Shown here: piece after piece, positions 29,242-40,093 of the stretch
Numbering within the stretch: the first letter of the stretch is position 1
Layout: each line of letters begins with the position of its first letter
Assembly (NCBI GenBank): GCA_963664875.1
Contig: OY761611.1
Coordinates: forward strand, 576,001 to 640,000
DNA from: Candidatus Kapaibacterium sp.
Lineage (GTDB): Bacteria; Bacteroidota; Ignavibacteria; Kapaibacteriales; UBA2268
Reading direction: 5' to 3'
DNA length: 64,000 nucleotides
Made by a program: the position numbers and the translations under genes
The notes under the pieces: model-generated
The model's input: only the letters and a program-made list of their open reading frames with translations
What the model was told of the DNA's origin: nothing
The model's database searches: none

Positions 29242-29781
29242 ATGACAGAGCAAAAAGTTTCATACAGATACGCTAAAGCTATTATAGATTCTGCTGTTGA
29301 AATGAATCAGTTGGAAAGTATTAAAAAAGATTTCTCATACTTCGTAAACATGCTATCGGGTTCCAAAGAACTAAAAAATCTTATTAAGAGCCCAATAGTC
29401 CAGGTTTACAAGAAGAAGCGAATTTTTGAAGACCTCTTGAAGGAGAACACTTCTCCCCTGTTTTTAAACTTTGTACTTCTGGTTGCTGAAAAGAGAAGAG
29501 AAAATCTTTTATTCGTTATAAACGAAGAATTTATTAAGATTTATAACGAAATGAACGGGATTTTGCCCGTTACAATCACTACAGCTAATTCCATTGATGC
29601 AAATTTATCTGATAAAATTACTAAAAAATTGCATGAATGGACAGGTAAATCTATAATACCGGAATTTAAAATTGATAAGTCTATCAAAGCCGGCATCAAG
29701 ATAAGAATTGACGATTGGGTTTTTGATGCTTCGTTGAAAACAAGATTGCAATCTTTGTATCACGAATTGGCTGACGCTTGA
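29242..29781 (+). CDS. atpH: F0F1 ATP synthase subunit delta
   Basis: RYAKA, LKSP-like motif, C-terminal D-x-SI-x-AG...DAS; operon position. Confidence 0.93.
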   Translation: MTEQKVSYRYAKAIIDSAVEMNQLESIKKDFSYFVNMLSGSKELKNLIKSPIVQVYKKKRIFEDLLKENTSPLFLNFVLLVAEKRRENLLFVINEEFIKIYNEMNGILPVTITTANSIDANLSDKITKKLHEWTGKSIIPEFKIDKSIKAGIKIRIDDWVFDASLKTRLQSLYHELADA

Positions 29782-29824
29782 TAATTTGAAATTAAATAGT
29801 TTATAAGTTATAAAGGTAGTTACT

Positions 29825-31381
29825 ATGACTGATGTTAGACCGGAAGAAATATCTGCGATATTACGCAAGCAGTTATCCGGATTTGATAATGAAGCTGACA
29901 TCTACGAAGTTGGTACGGTTTTGCAAATCGGTGACGGTGTTGCTCGAATTTATGGACTTAAAGCTGTTATGGCTTCTGAGTTGGTTGAATTTGAAAACGG
30001 TGTTGTCGGTATGGTTTTAAACTTAGAAGAAGACAACGTCGGTGTGATGCTCTTTGGCGAGGACAGATTAGTAAAAGAAGGCGACATTTGCAAAAGGACT
30101 AAGCGTATTGCTTCAGTTCCTGTTGGAAATGAGCTTTTAGGTCGTGTTGTTAATCCACTCGGTATTCCTATTGATGGAAAAGGTCCCATAGGTATTCCTG
30201 AAGACAAATACTATGCAATAGAAAGAAAAGCACCGGGCGTAATTAAAAGACAGCCCGTTACCGAGCCTGTTCAAACAGGTATCAAAGCTATCGACGCACT
30301 TATTCCAATCGGAAGAGGTCAGCGCGAATTGATTATTGGTGACAGACAAACAGGTAAAACTGCTGTTGCGATTGACACAATTATAAATCAGAAATTTACT
30401 CATTCCGAAGAAGCCAAAGCACTTGGCATCGACCCGGTATTTTGTGTTTATGTAGCAGTTGGTCAAAAGGGATCTACAGTAGCAAACGTTGTTGCTACAT
30501 TAGAAGAGCATGGAGCTATGGATTATACAATCGTAGTAGCAGCTAATGCATCTGACCCTGCTCCACTTCAATATATTGGTCCTTATGCCGGTGCGTCAAT
30601 GGGTGAATTCTTCAGAGATAACGGTAAACATGCACTTGTTATCTATGATGATTTGTCTAAACAAGCAGCTGCTTACCGTCAGGTATCATTGTTGCTTAGA
30701 AGACCTCCGGGACGTGAAGCATATCCGGGTGATATTTTCTATCTGCACTCAAGATTACTCGAACGTGCTGCTAAAATGTCTGATGAAGAAGGCGGTGGCT
30801 CATTAACGGCTTTGCCTGTAATAGAAACACAAGCAGGTGACGTTTCTGCATATATTCCAACTAACGTAATTTCTATTACGGATGGTCAGATATATTTAGA
30901 ACCTAACTTATTCAACGCAGGCGTACGTCCGGCATTGAATATTGGTATATCTGTATCTCGTGTGGGTGGTGCAGCTCAGATTAAAGCAATGAAAAAAGTA
31001 GCAGGCCCACTAAAACTCGAACTTGCAATGTTCAGAGAGCTTGCTGCATTTGCGAAGTTTGGTTCTGATTTGGACAAATCAACCCAACAACAGCTTACAC
31101 GCGGTGCGGTTTTAACAGAAATATTGAAACAAGGGCAATACACTCCATTGCCTGTTGAAAAACAAATTGCTTTGATTTATACAGCTACAAGTGGTAAATT
31201 AGATAACATTAAAGTCGCTCATTTGAAGAGATTTGAAAAAGAATACTTTGAGTATATGGAAAATCAGCATAGCGATATTCTTGATTCCATTATCAAAGAA
31301 AGAGTTATCTCTGACGATAACAAAATCAAACTCGACAAAGCTATCGACGAATTTGTAACTAACTTTAAGAAGACTGTTTAA
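29825..31381 (+). CDS. atpA: F0F1 ATP synthase subunit alpha
   Basis: [23 protein letters not shown]. Confidence 0.98.
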   Translation: MTDVRPEEISAILRKQLSGFDNEADIYEVGTVLQIGDGVARIYGLKAVMASELVEFENGVVGMVLNLEEDNVGVMLFGEDRLVKEGDICKRTKRIASVPVGNELLGRVVNPLGIPIDGKGPIGIPEDKYYAIERKAPGVIKRQPVTEPVQTGIKAIDALIPIGRGQRELIIGDRQTGKTAVAIDTIINQKFTHSEEAKALGIDPVFCVYVAVGQKGSTVANVVATLEEHGAMDYTIVVAANASDPAPLQYIGPYAGASMGEFFRDNGKHALVIYDDLSKQAAAYRQVSLLLRRPPGREAYPGDIFYLHSRLLERAAKMSDEEGGGSLTALPVIETQAGDVSAYIPTNVISITDGQIYLEPNLFNAGVRPALNIGISVSRVGGAAQIKAMKKVAGPLKLELAMFRELAAFAKFGSDLDKSTQQQLTRGAVLTEILKQGQYTPLPVEKQIALIYTATSGKLDNIKVAHLKRFEKEYFEYMENQHSDILDSIIKERVISDDNKIKLDKAIDEFVTNFKKTV

Positions 31382-31384
31382 ATT

Positions 31385-32350
31385 ATGATAGTTCTAACCG
31401 GAGGCGCCGGTTTTATCGGCTCATGTTTTTTGAAAAAACTAAACGACAAGGGTATTTCAGATATCCTTGTCGTTGATAGATTAAGTGACTCTACTAAATG
31501 GAAAAACCTTATCGGAAAAGAGTTTGATGATTATATTCATAAAACACTTTTTCGGGAAAATCTAAATAAAGGTTACTATGGTAATAAAATTGAAGCCATA
31601 ATCCATTTTGGTGCCTGCTCTGCAACTACAGAACCGGATGTAGATTATTTGTTTGACAATAACCTCTCCTACAGTAAAGAGCTTGCAACTTATGCCGTTG
31701 AACGAAATTTACCCTTTATATATGCCAGTAGCGCTGCAACCTATGGTGACGGTGCATTAGGCTATACAGATAGTGTTTTCGACGATTTAAAGCCTTTAAA
31801 TGCTTATGGAATGAGCAAACATCTTTTTGATTTATGGGCAATAAGAAAAGGTATAATTGATAAAATTATCGGGATTAAGTTCTTTAACGTTTTTGGTCCA
31901 AACGAATACCATAAGCTTGGTATGACATCTATGGTTTATAAATCTTTCCATCAGGTGAGAGAAACCGCAAAAGTAAAGCTTTTTAGATCTTATAAAGAGG
32001 ACTATAAAGACGGTGAGCAAAAACGTGATTTCGTTTATATCAAAGACGCTGTAGAAGTGATTTGGAATATGTACGAAAAATACACTGATAAAGGCATTTT
32101 CAATCTCGGTACCGGCAAATCAAGATCATGGAATGATTTGGCAGAGTCTGTTTTTATGGCAATGAAAAAGGATATTCATATTGAATATGTAAATATGCCG
32201 GACAACTTAATCAATCAATATCAGTATTTCACTGAGGCAGATACAAATAAGCTGATGTCTTCCGATTACGCACACAAATTTTTGACATTAGAAGAAAGTA
32301 TTGATGACTATGTAAATAATCATCTTGCTTTGGAATTTCCATACTTCTAA
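31385..32350 (+). CDS. rfaD: ADP-L-glycero-D-manno-heptose 6-epimerase
   Basis: TGGAGFIGS, GACSAT, YASSAATYG, YGMSK, FNVFGPNEYHK, RDFVY. Confidence 0.92.
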   Translation: MIVLTGGAGFIGSCFLKKLNDKGISDILVVDRLSDSTKWKNLIGKEFDDYIHKTLFRENLNKGYYGNKIEAIIHFGACSATTEPDVDYLFDNNLSYSKELATYAVERNLPFIYASSAATYGDGALGYTDSVFDDLKPLNAYGMSKHLFDLWAIRKGIIDKIIGIKFFNVFGPNEYHKLGMTSMVYKSFHQVRETAKVKLFRSYKEDYKDGEQKRDFVYIKDAVEVIWNMYEKYTDKGIFNLGTGKSRSWNDLAESVFMAMKKDIHIEYVNMPDNLINQYQYFTEADTNKLMSSDYAHKFLTLEESIDDYVNNHLALEFPYF

Positions 32351-32371
32351 TAATATCATAAGGAATGCCTA

Positions 32372-33256
32372 ATGGCTACACTAAGAGATATAAAAAGAAG
32401 AATTACCGGGGTCAGAAGCACCTCAAAAATTACTTCTGCCATGAAAATGGTTTCTGCAGCCAAACTCAAAAGAGCTCAGAGAGCTATTGAGTCTGCAAGA
32501 CCATATTTTTTACAGCTCGAAGATATGATGACTAACGTTATTTCGGGTGTAGCAGAAGATTATAAACATGACTTGATACAAACCCGAGATGAAGTTAAAC
32601 ATATTACTGCCATTGTTGTTTCCTCTGATAGAGGACTTTGTGGAAGTTTTAATTCGTCTCTTTACAGATATTCTGAAAACAAGTTACAAGAGATGATTAC
32701 CGACGAGTACCCTGATGCAAAAGTTGAAGTGATTGCTGTCGGCAAAAAAAGTAGATCATATTTCAATAAATCAAAATTGAATATGACTGCATCTCATGTT
32801 GATTTATTCGCAAACTTGCAATTTCCTGTAGTCAAAGAAATTTTGACTTCTACTGTTGATAATTTTATTTCCGGCAAAACAGACAAAGTTATTGTCTTTT
32901 ATAATGAGTTTATCAATGTTGTAAAACAGGATTCTGCTTACAAAGTTATTTTGCCATTGCAGATTAAGGAATCCGAATCCAAAGGTAGCAATGTTGATTA
33001 TATTTTTGAACCGGACAAAGAGAGTCTTTTAGACGAACTTATACCGAAACTTATAGATATACAGCTTTGGAGAGCACTTCTCGAATCACATGCAGCCGAA
33101 CATGCAGCCAGAATGATGGCGATGGACAATGCAACTAACAATGCAAATGATTTGATTAAACATTTGGAACTCGTCTATAATAACGCGAGACAAGCAGCTA
33201 TTACCACTGAAATGCTTGAAATCGTTTCAGGTGCTGAAGCTCTAAGAAATGTTTAG
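32372..33256 (+). CDS. atpG: F0F1 ATP synthase subunit gamma
   Basis: KITSAMKMVSAAKL, DRGLCG, RMMAMDNA, RQAAITTE. Confidence 0.97.
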   Translation: MATLRDIKRRITGVRSTSKITSAMKMVSAAKLKRAQRAIESARPYFLQLEDMMTNVISGVAEDYKHDLIQTRDEVKHITAIVVSSDRGLCGSFNSSLYRYSENKLQEMITDEYPDAKVEVIAVGKKSRSYFNKSKLNMTASHVDLFANLQFPVVKEILTSTVDNFISGKTDKVIVFYNEFINVVKQDSAYKVILPLQIKESESKGSNVDYIFEPDKESLLDELIPKLIDIQLWRALLESHAAEHAARMMAMDNATNNANDLIKHLELVYNNARQAAITTEMLEIVSGAEALRNV

Positions 33257-33282
33257 GAAAGTTTGCACTTAGATATATTTTG

Positions 33283-33317
33283 AAGGAGTCGGTAGTCTTA
33301 TCGACTCCTTTTTATTT
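33283..33317 (+). terminator. Intrinsic terminator ending the atp operon
   Basis: AAGGAGTCGG...TCGACTCCTT followed by TTTATTT. Confidence 0.8.
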
Positions 33318-33479
33318 GCTTAAAAACACGCCACTTTATCGCATTTCGCGATATAGTAACTTTTTTATAGAATAATAATTTACAGCATAAAAGACTCCTC
33401 TTTTACTTCCATTTTTGCGTTTTTTTTCGTATTTTAGTATGATTTATTAATCTGTTAAATTCATATAGAATATTAGACT

Positions 33480-35993
33480 ATGTCATTACTTGGAAAAGAG
33501 CAAATAGTTCCTACACTGCTCGAACAAGAGATGCAAACATCATATCTGGATTATTCCATGTCGGTGATTGTTTCTCGAGCATTGCCTGATGTCCGCGATG
33601 GTTTAAAGCCGGTACATAGGAGGATATTATTTGCAATGCAGGATATGGGGTTAGCGCCAAACAGACCATATAAAAAGTCTGCAAGATTGGTTGGTGAAGT
33701 GCTAGGTAAATACCACCCTCATGGTGACTCCTCAGTCTATGAAGCAATGGTTCGCATGGCACAACCTTGGAATATGCGCTATCCACTTGTAGATGGACAG
33801 GGTAACTTTGGTTCAATTGACGGTGATTCTCCTGCTGCGATGCGTTATACAGAAACGCGTTTGGCTAAAATTGCACCTCACATGCTCCGAGATATTGAAA
33901 AAAATACTGTTGATTTCCGACCAAACTTCGACGAGTCACTGAGAGAACCTGAGGTTTTACCTTCGATTCTTCCGACTCTTTTGTTAAACGGTGCAAGCGG
34001 TATCGCAGTGGGTATGGCGACTAACATTCCTCCTCATAACCTTAGAGAAACTGTTAGTGCTATCAATGCAGTAATCTCAAATCCTGAAATCACACTTCCT
34101 GAATTAATGAAGCATATACCTGCACCTGATTTCCCGACAGGTGGCTATATCTACGGTTACTCAGGAGTCAAAGATGCTTACGAAACAGGTAGAGGCAGAA
34201 TTGTAATCAGAGCAAAAGCCGGTATAGAAGAAAACAAAAGCGGCAAAAGCTCTATAATTGTTACTGAAATACCATTTCAGGTAAACAAAGCCAACCTGAT
34301 AGAGAAAATTGCTGATTTGGTAAGGCATAAAACTATTGAAGATATTTCTGATATCAGAGATGAATCGGATAAAGACGGTCTTAGAATCGTAATTGAGCTT
34401 AAACGAGATGCTATTCCAAACGTTGTTTTAAACAATCTATATAAACACTCTCAGCTCCAGGTTACATTTGGTGCCAATATGTTGGCTTTGGTAAAAGGAA
34501 GACCTCTTACATTGAGTTTGAGAGAAATTATTGATCATTTTATCGAACATAGAAATGAAGTAGTTGTTCGTAGAACTCAATTTGATTTGGAAGCAGCTCA
34601 AAAAAGAGCTCATATTTTAGAAGGCTTGATAATTGCTTTAGATAACATAGATGAAGTAATTTCTATTATCAGAGGTTCTAAAGATACTCCTACTGCTGCG
34701 GCAAAATTGCAGGAACGATTCGAGCTTTCTGAAATGCAGACTAAAGCAATTCTTGAAATGAGATTGCAACGTCTTACAGGTTTGGAAAGAGATAAAATTG
34801 TTCAGGAGCACAAAGAATTATTACTTACTATCGAAGAGCTTAAAGCAATTTTGGCAAGTAAAGAACTACAGTTAAGTATTATCTCTGATGAACTTACTGA
34901 AATAGCTGAACAATTTGGTGATGAAAGAAGAACTCAGATTATTCATGACTCTAAAGAATTTTCTTTAGAAGACATGATTGCTAACGAAGAAATGATTATC
35001 ACTATTTCCCGTAAAGGCTTTATCAAACGAACTGCTGTCTCTAATTACAGAAGACAAAATAAAGGCGGTAGAGGCTCAAGCGGTGTTTCTACTTATGATG
35101 ATGACTTTGTAGAACACATATTCCAGGCATCTACGCACCACTATCTTCTGTTCTTTACAGATCAGGGTCGCGTTTTCAAAGTAAAAGTCTATGACTTACC
35201 TGAGGGAAGTCGTACTGCTAAAGGCAGATCTATAGCAAATGTAATTGCGAAAAAACCTGACGAAACAGTCGAAGCATATTTGCCAATTCAAGAATTTGAT
35301 GATACATATAATATCATTTTAGCAACAAGAAATGGTACTATCAAAAAGACTTCTCTTTCTCAGTTTGGTAATATTAGACAAACAGGTATTATTGCTATTA
35401 CTCTTGCGGATGACGATAAATTAGTATCTGCTCGCCTTACTGACGGCACTATGGATGTAATCCTTGGCACTAAACATGGTTTAGCCTGCAGATTTAGAGA
35501 GTCTGACGTTAGACCTATGGGAAGAACTGCTGCGGGCGTGCGTGGAATTGCTTTAAGCAGTGATGATGCAGTTGTTTCTCAAATTGTAATCAAACGCCCT
35601 GATCAACAGGTAATCGTAGTATCTGAAAAAGGCTATGGAAAACGTACTAAATACGAAGACTTTAGACTTACAAAACGAGGTGCTAAAGGTGTTATCTCAA
35701 TGAACGTAACTCCTAAAACCGGAAGTGTAGTAAGATTAGTATCTGCTTCAGATTCTGAAGATTTAGTAGTTATGACTACCAGTGGAGTGTTGATTAGACA
35801 GCATGTTGATGGTATTCGTACAATTGGTAGAAACACTCAGGGTGTTAAACTCATCAAACTTGATGAAAACGATGTTATAGCTGATATAACATGCGTTACT
35901 CGAGAAGAAGATAAAGATATTGATGATGACAACAACATAGATGATCAAAACATGGATATGGGTGGCGAAGGAGTACAGGAAACTCTTTTATAA
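33480..35993 (+). CDS. gyrA: DNA gyrase subunit A
   Basis: [22 protein letters not shown], GyrA box QNKGGRG, beta-pinwheel repeats, acidic tail. Confidence 0.97.
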   Translation: MSLLGKEQIVPTLLEQEMQTSYLDYSMSVIVSRALPDVRDGLKPVHRRILFAMQDMGLAPNRPYKKSARLVGEVLGKYHPHGDSSVYEAMVRMAQPWNMRYPLVDGQGNFGSIDGDSPAAMRYTETRLAKIAPHMLRDIEKNTVDFRPNFDESLREPEVLPSILPTLLLNGASGIAVGMATNIPPHNLRETVSAINAVISNPEITLPELMKHIPAPDFPTGGYIYGYSGVKDAYETGRGRIVIRAKAGIEENKSGKSSIIVTEIPFQVNKANLIEKIADLVRHKTIEDISDIRDESDKDGLRIVIELKRDAIPNVVLNNLYKHSQLQVTFGANMLALVKGRPLTLSLREIIDHFIEHRNEVVVRRTQFDLEAAQKRAHILEGLIIALDNIDEVISIIRGSKDTPTAAAKLQERFELSEMQTKAILEMRLQRLTGLERDKIVQEHKELLLTIEELKAILASKELQLSIISDELTEIAEQFGDERRTQIIHDSKEFSLEDMIANEEMIITISRKGFIKRTAVSNYRRQNKGGRGSSGVSTYDDDFVEHIFQASTHHYLLFFTDQGRVFKVKVYDLPEGSRTAKGRSIANVIAKKPDETVEAYLPIQEFDDTYNIILATRNGTIKKTSLSQFGNIRQTGIIAITLADDDKLVSARLTDGTMDVILGTKHGLACRFRESDVRPMGRTAAGVRGIALSSDDAVVSQIVIKRPDQQVIVVSEKGYGKRTKYEDFRLTKRGAKGVISMNVTPKTGSVVRLVSASDSEDLVVMTTSGVLIRQHVDGIRTIGRNTQGVKLIKLDENDVIADITCVTREEDKDIDDDNNIDDQNMDMGGEGVQETLL

Positions 35994-36016
35994 CCCTTAT
36001 CTTTAATATTACTAAT

Positions 36017-36054
36017 AATAGAGATGGGAGTAAAATTTCATCTCTATTTTTTTT
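36017..36054 (+). terminator. Intrinsic terminator after gyrA
   Basis: AATAGAGATG...CATCTCTATT plus T-run. Confidence 0.75.
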
Positions 36055-36112
36055 ATTTGGACAGATTTTATATATTGGCACTAATATTATTTTAACTATA
36101 CTATATAAAATC

Positions 36113-37213
36113 ATGTTGCCAAACAGTTGGACACTACATCAAATCTTAATGCTTACATATATGAAAGTAGGCAATTATAATACTCTAAAAGAAATTGTAG
36201 AAAGTACTGATTCGCTCACTACATTTTTAGAAGGGAACATAAAGGGTAGTCTTTTACTCAAAATCCAACAAAAAGAACTTTTTCCGAGTTCAGAAATGGA
36301 ACTCCGTAACGAATTAGACCGGCAATTAGAATCTGCTCACAGACTTAATGCCGAGATTATTACTTTGTGGGATTCAAAATACCCTGAGCTTTTAAAATAC
36401 ATTCCATACCCTCCTATTGTCTTGTACGTTGCAGGCACTCTGCAAGACGCAGACAAATTATCCATTGGAGTTGTAGGTACCAGACGATGCACTATGTATG
36501 GCAAACTAATCACAGAGCAGTTCACTGAGCAATTTATTGATTCCGGTTTGATTATCACAAGCGGCTTAGCTTACGGAATTGACACAATTGCCCATAAAGT
36601 AGCAATACGGAAAAAATCGCCCACATACGCAGTAATAGCATCCGGCTTAGACTCTATGACAATGGACTCCCAAAAAAAGATATACAATGAAATTATCGAT
36701 AGTGGGGGTGCAGTAATATGTGATTATAAGTTTGGAGTAAAAGCTCTACCGGCATTTTTTTTACAAAGAAACAGAATAATTAGTGGCATATCAACTGCTA
36801 CAATAGTTATAGAATCTGCCATAAAAGGCGGAGCAATGAAAACAGCACGTTTTGCCTTTGATCAACAACGTGATGTTTACGCTGTGCCCGGAAATATCAA
36901 TTCAGAAAAATCTCAAGGTACAAACTTTCTTATTAAAGAAAGTATTGCCGCACCGGCTCTCTCTCCCACTCAAGTGCTAAAAGAAATAGGAATTGTAGAT
37001 GTCAAAGATGACAGCAAACAGGCAAAAATTGAATTTTCGGACGCAGAAGAAAAAATAATCTACGATTGCTTATCTCATGAGCCATTACATATCGACTTGA
37101 TTTCTGAGCAGACAGGACTTGATATTTCGCAACTTTTAGTTAAATTGTTAAACTTAGAATTCCAAAATAAAGTAAAACAATTACCAGGTAAACACTATAT
37201 TCGGACTTTATAG
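36113..37213 (+). CDS. dprA: DNA-processing protein DprA
   Basis: YPELL, VVGTR, SGLAYGIDT, RNRIISG, VPG, C-terminal winged helix. Confidence 0.93.
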   Translation: MLPNSWTLHQILMLTYMKVGNYNTLKEIVESTDSLTTFLEGNIKGSLLLKIQQKELFPSSEMELRNELDRQLESAHRLNAEIITLWDSKYPELLKYIPYPPIVLYVAGTLQDADKLSIGVVGTRRCTMYGKLITEQFTEQFIDSGLIITSGLAYGIDTIAHKVAIRKKSPTYAVIASGLDSMTMDSQKKIYNEIIDSGGAVICDYKFGVKALPAFFLQRNRIISGISTATIVIESAIKGGAMKTARFAFDQQRDVYAVPGNINSEKSQGTNFLIKESIAAPALSPTQVLKEIGIVDVKDDSKQAKIEFSDAEEKIIYDCLSHEPLHIDLISEQTGLDISQLLVKLLNLEFQNKVKQLPGKHYIRTL

Positions 37214-37215
37214 AA

Positions 37216-38202
37216 ATGAAAAACATGAAAGAAAGATACACTCAATTTGTGCAGCTTGTTGAAGACAGACTCCATAACTTAGTCAAAGATAAAGAACCAA
37301 AAGTACTTTACGAACCATTCCACTATCTGATCACCGGAGGCGGTAAACGCATCAGACCTGTTTTATCTATGCTTGCTTGTGGTGCTGTATCGGGTAAACC
37401 TGAGTTAGCATTAGATTGTGGTGTTGCTATAGAAGTAATGCACAATTTTACTCTTGCACATGATGATATTATGGATAGATCACCTATGAGACGTGGCAGG
37501 GAAACTGTACACGTCAAATGGAACGACGCTACTGCTATTCTTACCGGTGATGTAATGATGGGCTGGGGATATAGATTATTACCAAATTCCACTGAAAGCT
37601 CAAATTCTGATAAAATATTAGCATCTTATACCAGAGCTTTAATTGATGTTTGCGAAGGGCAGGCATTTGATGTTGAATTTAACGAAAATCAAAACACAAC
37701 AGTAGATGACTACTTCCAAATGATAGAATTGAAAACTTCAAGGCTTTTGGAATGCTCTGCTGAAATGGGTGCCTACGTTGGCGGTGCTTCTGAAGAAGAA
37801 GTCAAAGCTCTTAATCTTTATGCAAAATATCTGGGCTATGCTTTTCAACTTCAAGACGATTTATTGGATATTGTAGCAGATGAAGCAGAATTTGGCAAGA
37901 CTGTAGGACTTGACATACAGGAAGGCAAGAAAACATATATGATATTATATGCCAAAGAGCACACTCTAACGCATTTTGACAGAGAACTACTTGATAAATT
38001 TTTTGCTCAAAACGGACTCCCTAAAGAATACGTGAATGATATGAAATATCTGTTAGAAAGGACAGGTGCTATTGAGTCTGCAGAAGTGCAAATTAACTCA
38101 TTTTTTAACAAAGCCAAAGAAGAATTAAACAAGCTAAATCCTTCTGAATACAGAGATATGCTTGATTGGCTCATAGATTCTCTACACTCCCGAAAAAAAT
38201 AA
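37216..38202 (+). CDS. Polyprenyl (geranylgeranyl/farnesyl) diphosphate synthase
   Basis: GGKRIRP, HDDIMD..RRG, GQAFD, KT, FQLQDDLLD. Confidence 0.92.
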   Translation: MKNMKERYTQFVQLVEDRLHNLVKDKEPKVLYEPFHYLITGGGKRIRPVLSMLACGAVSGKPELALDCGVAIEVMHNFTLAHDDIMDRSPMRRGRETVHVKWNDATAILTGDVMMGWGYRLLPNSTESSNSDKILASYTRALIDVCEGQAFDVEFNENQNTTVDDYFQMIELKTSRLLECSAEMGAYVGGASEEEVKALNLYAKYLGYAFQLQDDLLDIVADEAEFGKTVGLDIQEGKKTYMILYAKEHTLTHFDRELLDKFFAQNGLPKEYVNDMKYLLERTGAIESAEVQINSFFNKAKEELNKLNPSEYRDMLDWLIDSLHSRKK

Positions 38203-38223
38203 GTTAATACTCTAAATACTTTT

Positions 38224-38257
38224 AGCTCTGAAACGTTATGTTTACAGAGCTTTTTTT
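38224..38257 (+). terminator. Intrinsic terminator
   Basis: AGCTCTG...CAGAGC plus T7. Confidence 0.7.
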
Positions 38258-38344
38258 ATTAGGTAAATCTAACAAATAGATATTCTACTTAACACAAAAA
38301 ATATTTAGTTTACTAATTTTATGATTAGATTCCACTAAATATAT

Positions 38345-38352
38345 TATATTTG
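38345..38352 (+). promoter_or_regulatory. -7 promoter element for pckA
   Basis: TATATTTG 43 nt upstream of the ATG. Confidence 0.55.
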
Positions 38353-38395
38353 CAATCTAAATTTTGATTTTATTTTTATATCACACTGGTGGGAA

Positions 38396-40003
38396 ATGAA
38401 AACCTTAGAAAACAAAACCATAATCGATCCTAAATTGGAATATTTAGGCCTAAGGAATCTTAAAAAAGTACATTGGAACAACACTACTGCAACTCTTTAT
38501 GAGCATGCAATCGAAAATAAAGAAGCTGCGATTTCTCATTTGGGACCTCTCGTAGTTTCAACAGGGAAAATTACAGGTCGTTCTCCTAACGACAAATTCA
38601 TTGTAAAGGACGAAACTACTGAAAATACTATTGATTGGGGCAATGTAAACAGACCATTTGAAGAAGATAAATTCGAGCAAATGTTTGAAAGGGTAAAAGC
38701 TTTCCTACAAACAAGAGAAATCTATGTTCAGGATGCTTTTGCAGGTGCTGACGAAAGTGTAGCTGTGCCTGTTAGAATTATAACTCAGTATGCTTGGCAA
38801 TCTTTATTTGCAAGAAATATGTTTGTTCGCATCAGAGAGCAAGAAAAGTTAGATAACTTCACTCCTGAATTTACTGTTATTGACGTTCCTGACTTTTTAG
38901 GTTGCCCTACAGTTGACGGCATCAATTCTGAGACTTTCATTTTAGTAAACTTCAAAAAAAGAGTTATCTTGATTGGTGGTACTCACTACGCCGGCGAAAT
39001 CAAAAAATCAATTTTCTCTATTCTCAATTACCTTTATCCTCAAAATGGCATTCTCGGAATGCACTGCTCTGCAAACAGAGGTAAAGATGGCGATACTGCT
39101 TTGCTTTTTGGTTTATCCGGTACAGGTAAAACTACTCTATCAGCGGATCCAAATCGTGCACTTATCGGCGATGACGAACACGGCTGGGACGATAAAGGTA
39201 TCTTCAACTTTGAAGGCGGCTGCTATGCAAAAGTAATCAATCTTTCTCGCGAAGCAGAACCTGAAATTTGGAGCACAACCCGCAGATTTGGTACTATCTT
39301 AGAAAATGTTGTAATGGACGAACACATCAGAAGAGTTGACTTAGATGACGCTACTCTTACTGAAAACACCCGTGCATCATACCCAATTACTCATTTGGAC
39401 AACATCGTACCTGAAAGTGCAGGTGGACATCCTAAAAACATCATATTCCTTACAGCAGATGCTTTTGGTGTTTTACCGCCAATATCAAAACTTTCTGCGG
39501 AACAGGCAATGTACCAATTCCTATTAGGATATACAGCTAAAGTTGCAGGGACTGAAAAAGGTATTACAGAACCACAAGCTACTTTCTCTACGTGCTTTGG
39601 TGCTCCATTTATGCCATTGCACCCAAGTAAGTATGCTGAGATGTTAGGCGAAAAAATTGCCAAACATAATGTTAAATGCTGGTTAGTCAATACAGGCTGG
39701 ACAGGTGGACCTTACGGAGTAGGTAATAGGATATCTATCAAATATACTCGTGCATTACTCAATGCTGCCTTAGAAGGCAAATTGGATAATGTTGAGTACA
39801 GAATAGATCCAATCTTCAATTTATCAGTTCCAACTGTATGCGAAGGTGTGCCTTCTGAAATTTTGGATCCTAAAAATACTTGGGAAGATAAAGCAGCTTA
39901 TGATAATACTGCGAAATCTACTGCAAAGAAATTTGTTGAAAACTTCAAAAAATACGAAGCTTATGTAACTGAAGATGTTATCAAATCAGGTCCTCAGGCT
40001 TAA
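38396..40003 (+). CDS. pckA: Phosphoenolpyruvate carboxykinase (ATP)
   Basis: TGRSP, YAGEIKK, GLSGTGKTTLS, LIGDDEHGW, TENTR. Confidence 0.97.
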   Translation: MKTLENKTIIDPKLEYLGLRNLKKVHWNNTTATLYEHAIENKEAAISHLGPLVVSTGKITGRSPNDKFIVKDETTENTIDWGNVNRPFEEDKFEQMFERVKAFLQTREIYVQDAFAGADESVAVPVRIITQYAWQSLFARNMFVRIREQEKLDNFTPEFTVIDVPDFLGCPTVDGINSETFILVNFKKRVILIGGTHYAGEIKKSIFSILNYLYPQNGILGMHCSANRGKDGDTALLFGLSGTGKTTLSADPNRALIGDDEHGWDDKGIFNFEGGCYAKVINLSREAEPEIWSTTRRFGTILENVVMDEHIRRVDLDDATLTENTRASYPITHLDNIVPESAGGHPKNIIFLTADAFGVLPPISKLSAEQAMYQFLLGYTAKVAGTEKGITEPQATFSTCFGAPFMPLHPSKYAEMLGEKIAKHNVKCWLVNTGWTGGPYGVGNRISIKYTRALLNAALEGKLDNVEYRIDPIFNLSVPTVCEGVPSEILDPKNTWEDKAAYDNTAKSTAKKFVENFKKYEAYVTEDVIKSGPQA

Positions 40004-40033
40004 GTATATTTAAAGTGTTAAATTCTAAAATAT

Positions 40034-40060
40034 AGGTCGGCATTTTGCTGACCTTTTTTT
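40034..40060 (+). terminator. Intrinsic terminator after pckA
   Basis: AGGTCGGCA...TGCTGACCT plus T-run. Confidence 0.8.
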
Positions 40061-40093
40061 ATTTTGTATTGAATTATTAAAAGGATTATTTCA

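Noticed and set aside
26765-33256. Missing atpD/atpC as a defective or N-type ATPase
   Set aside because: Separate placement of atpDC is known in Chlorobiota/Bacteroidota relatives; atpH is present and subunit c lacks the Na+ signature.
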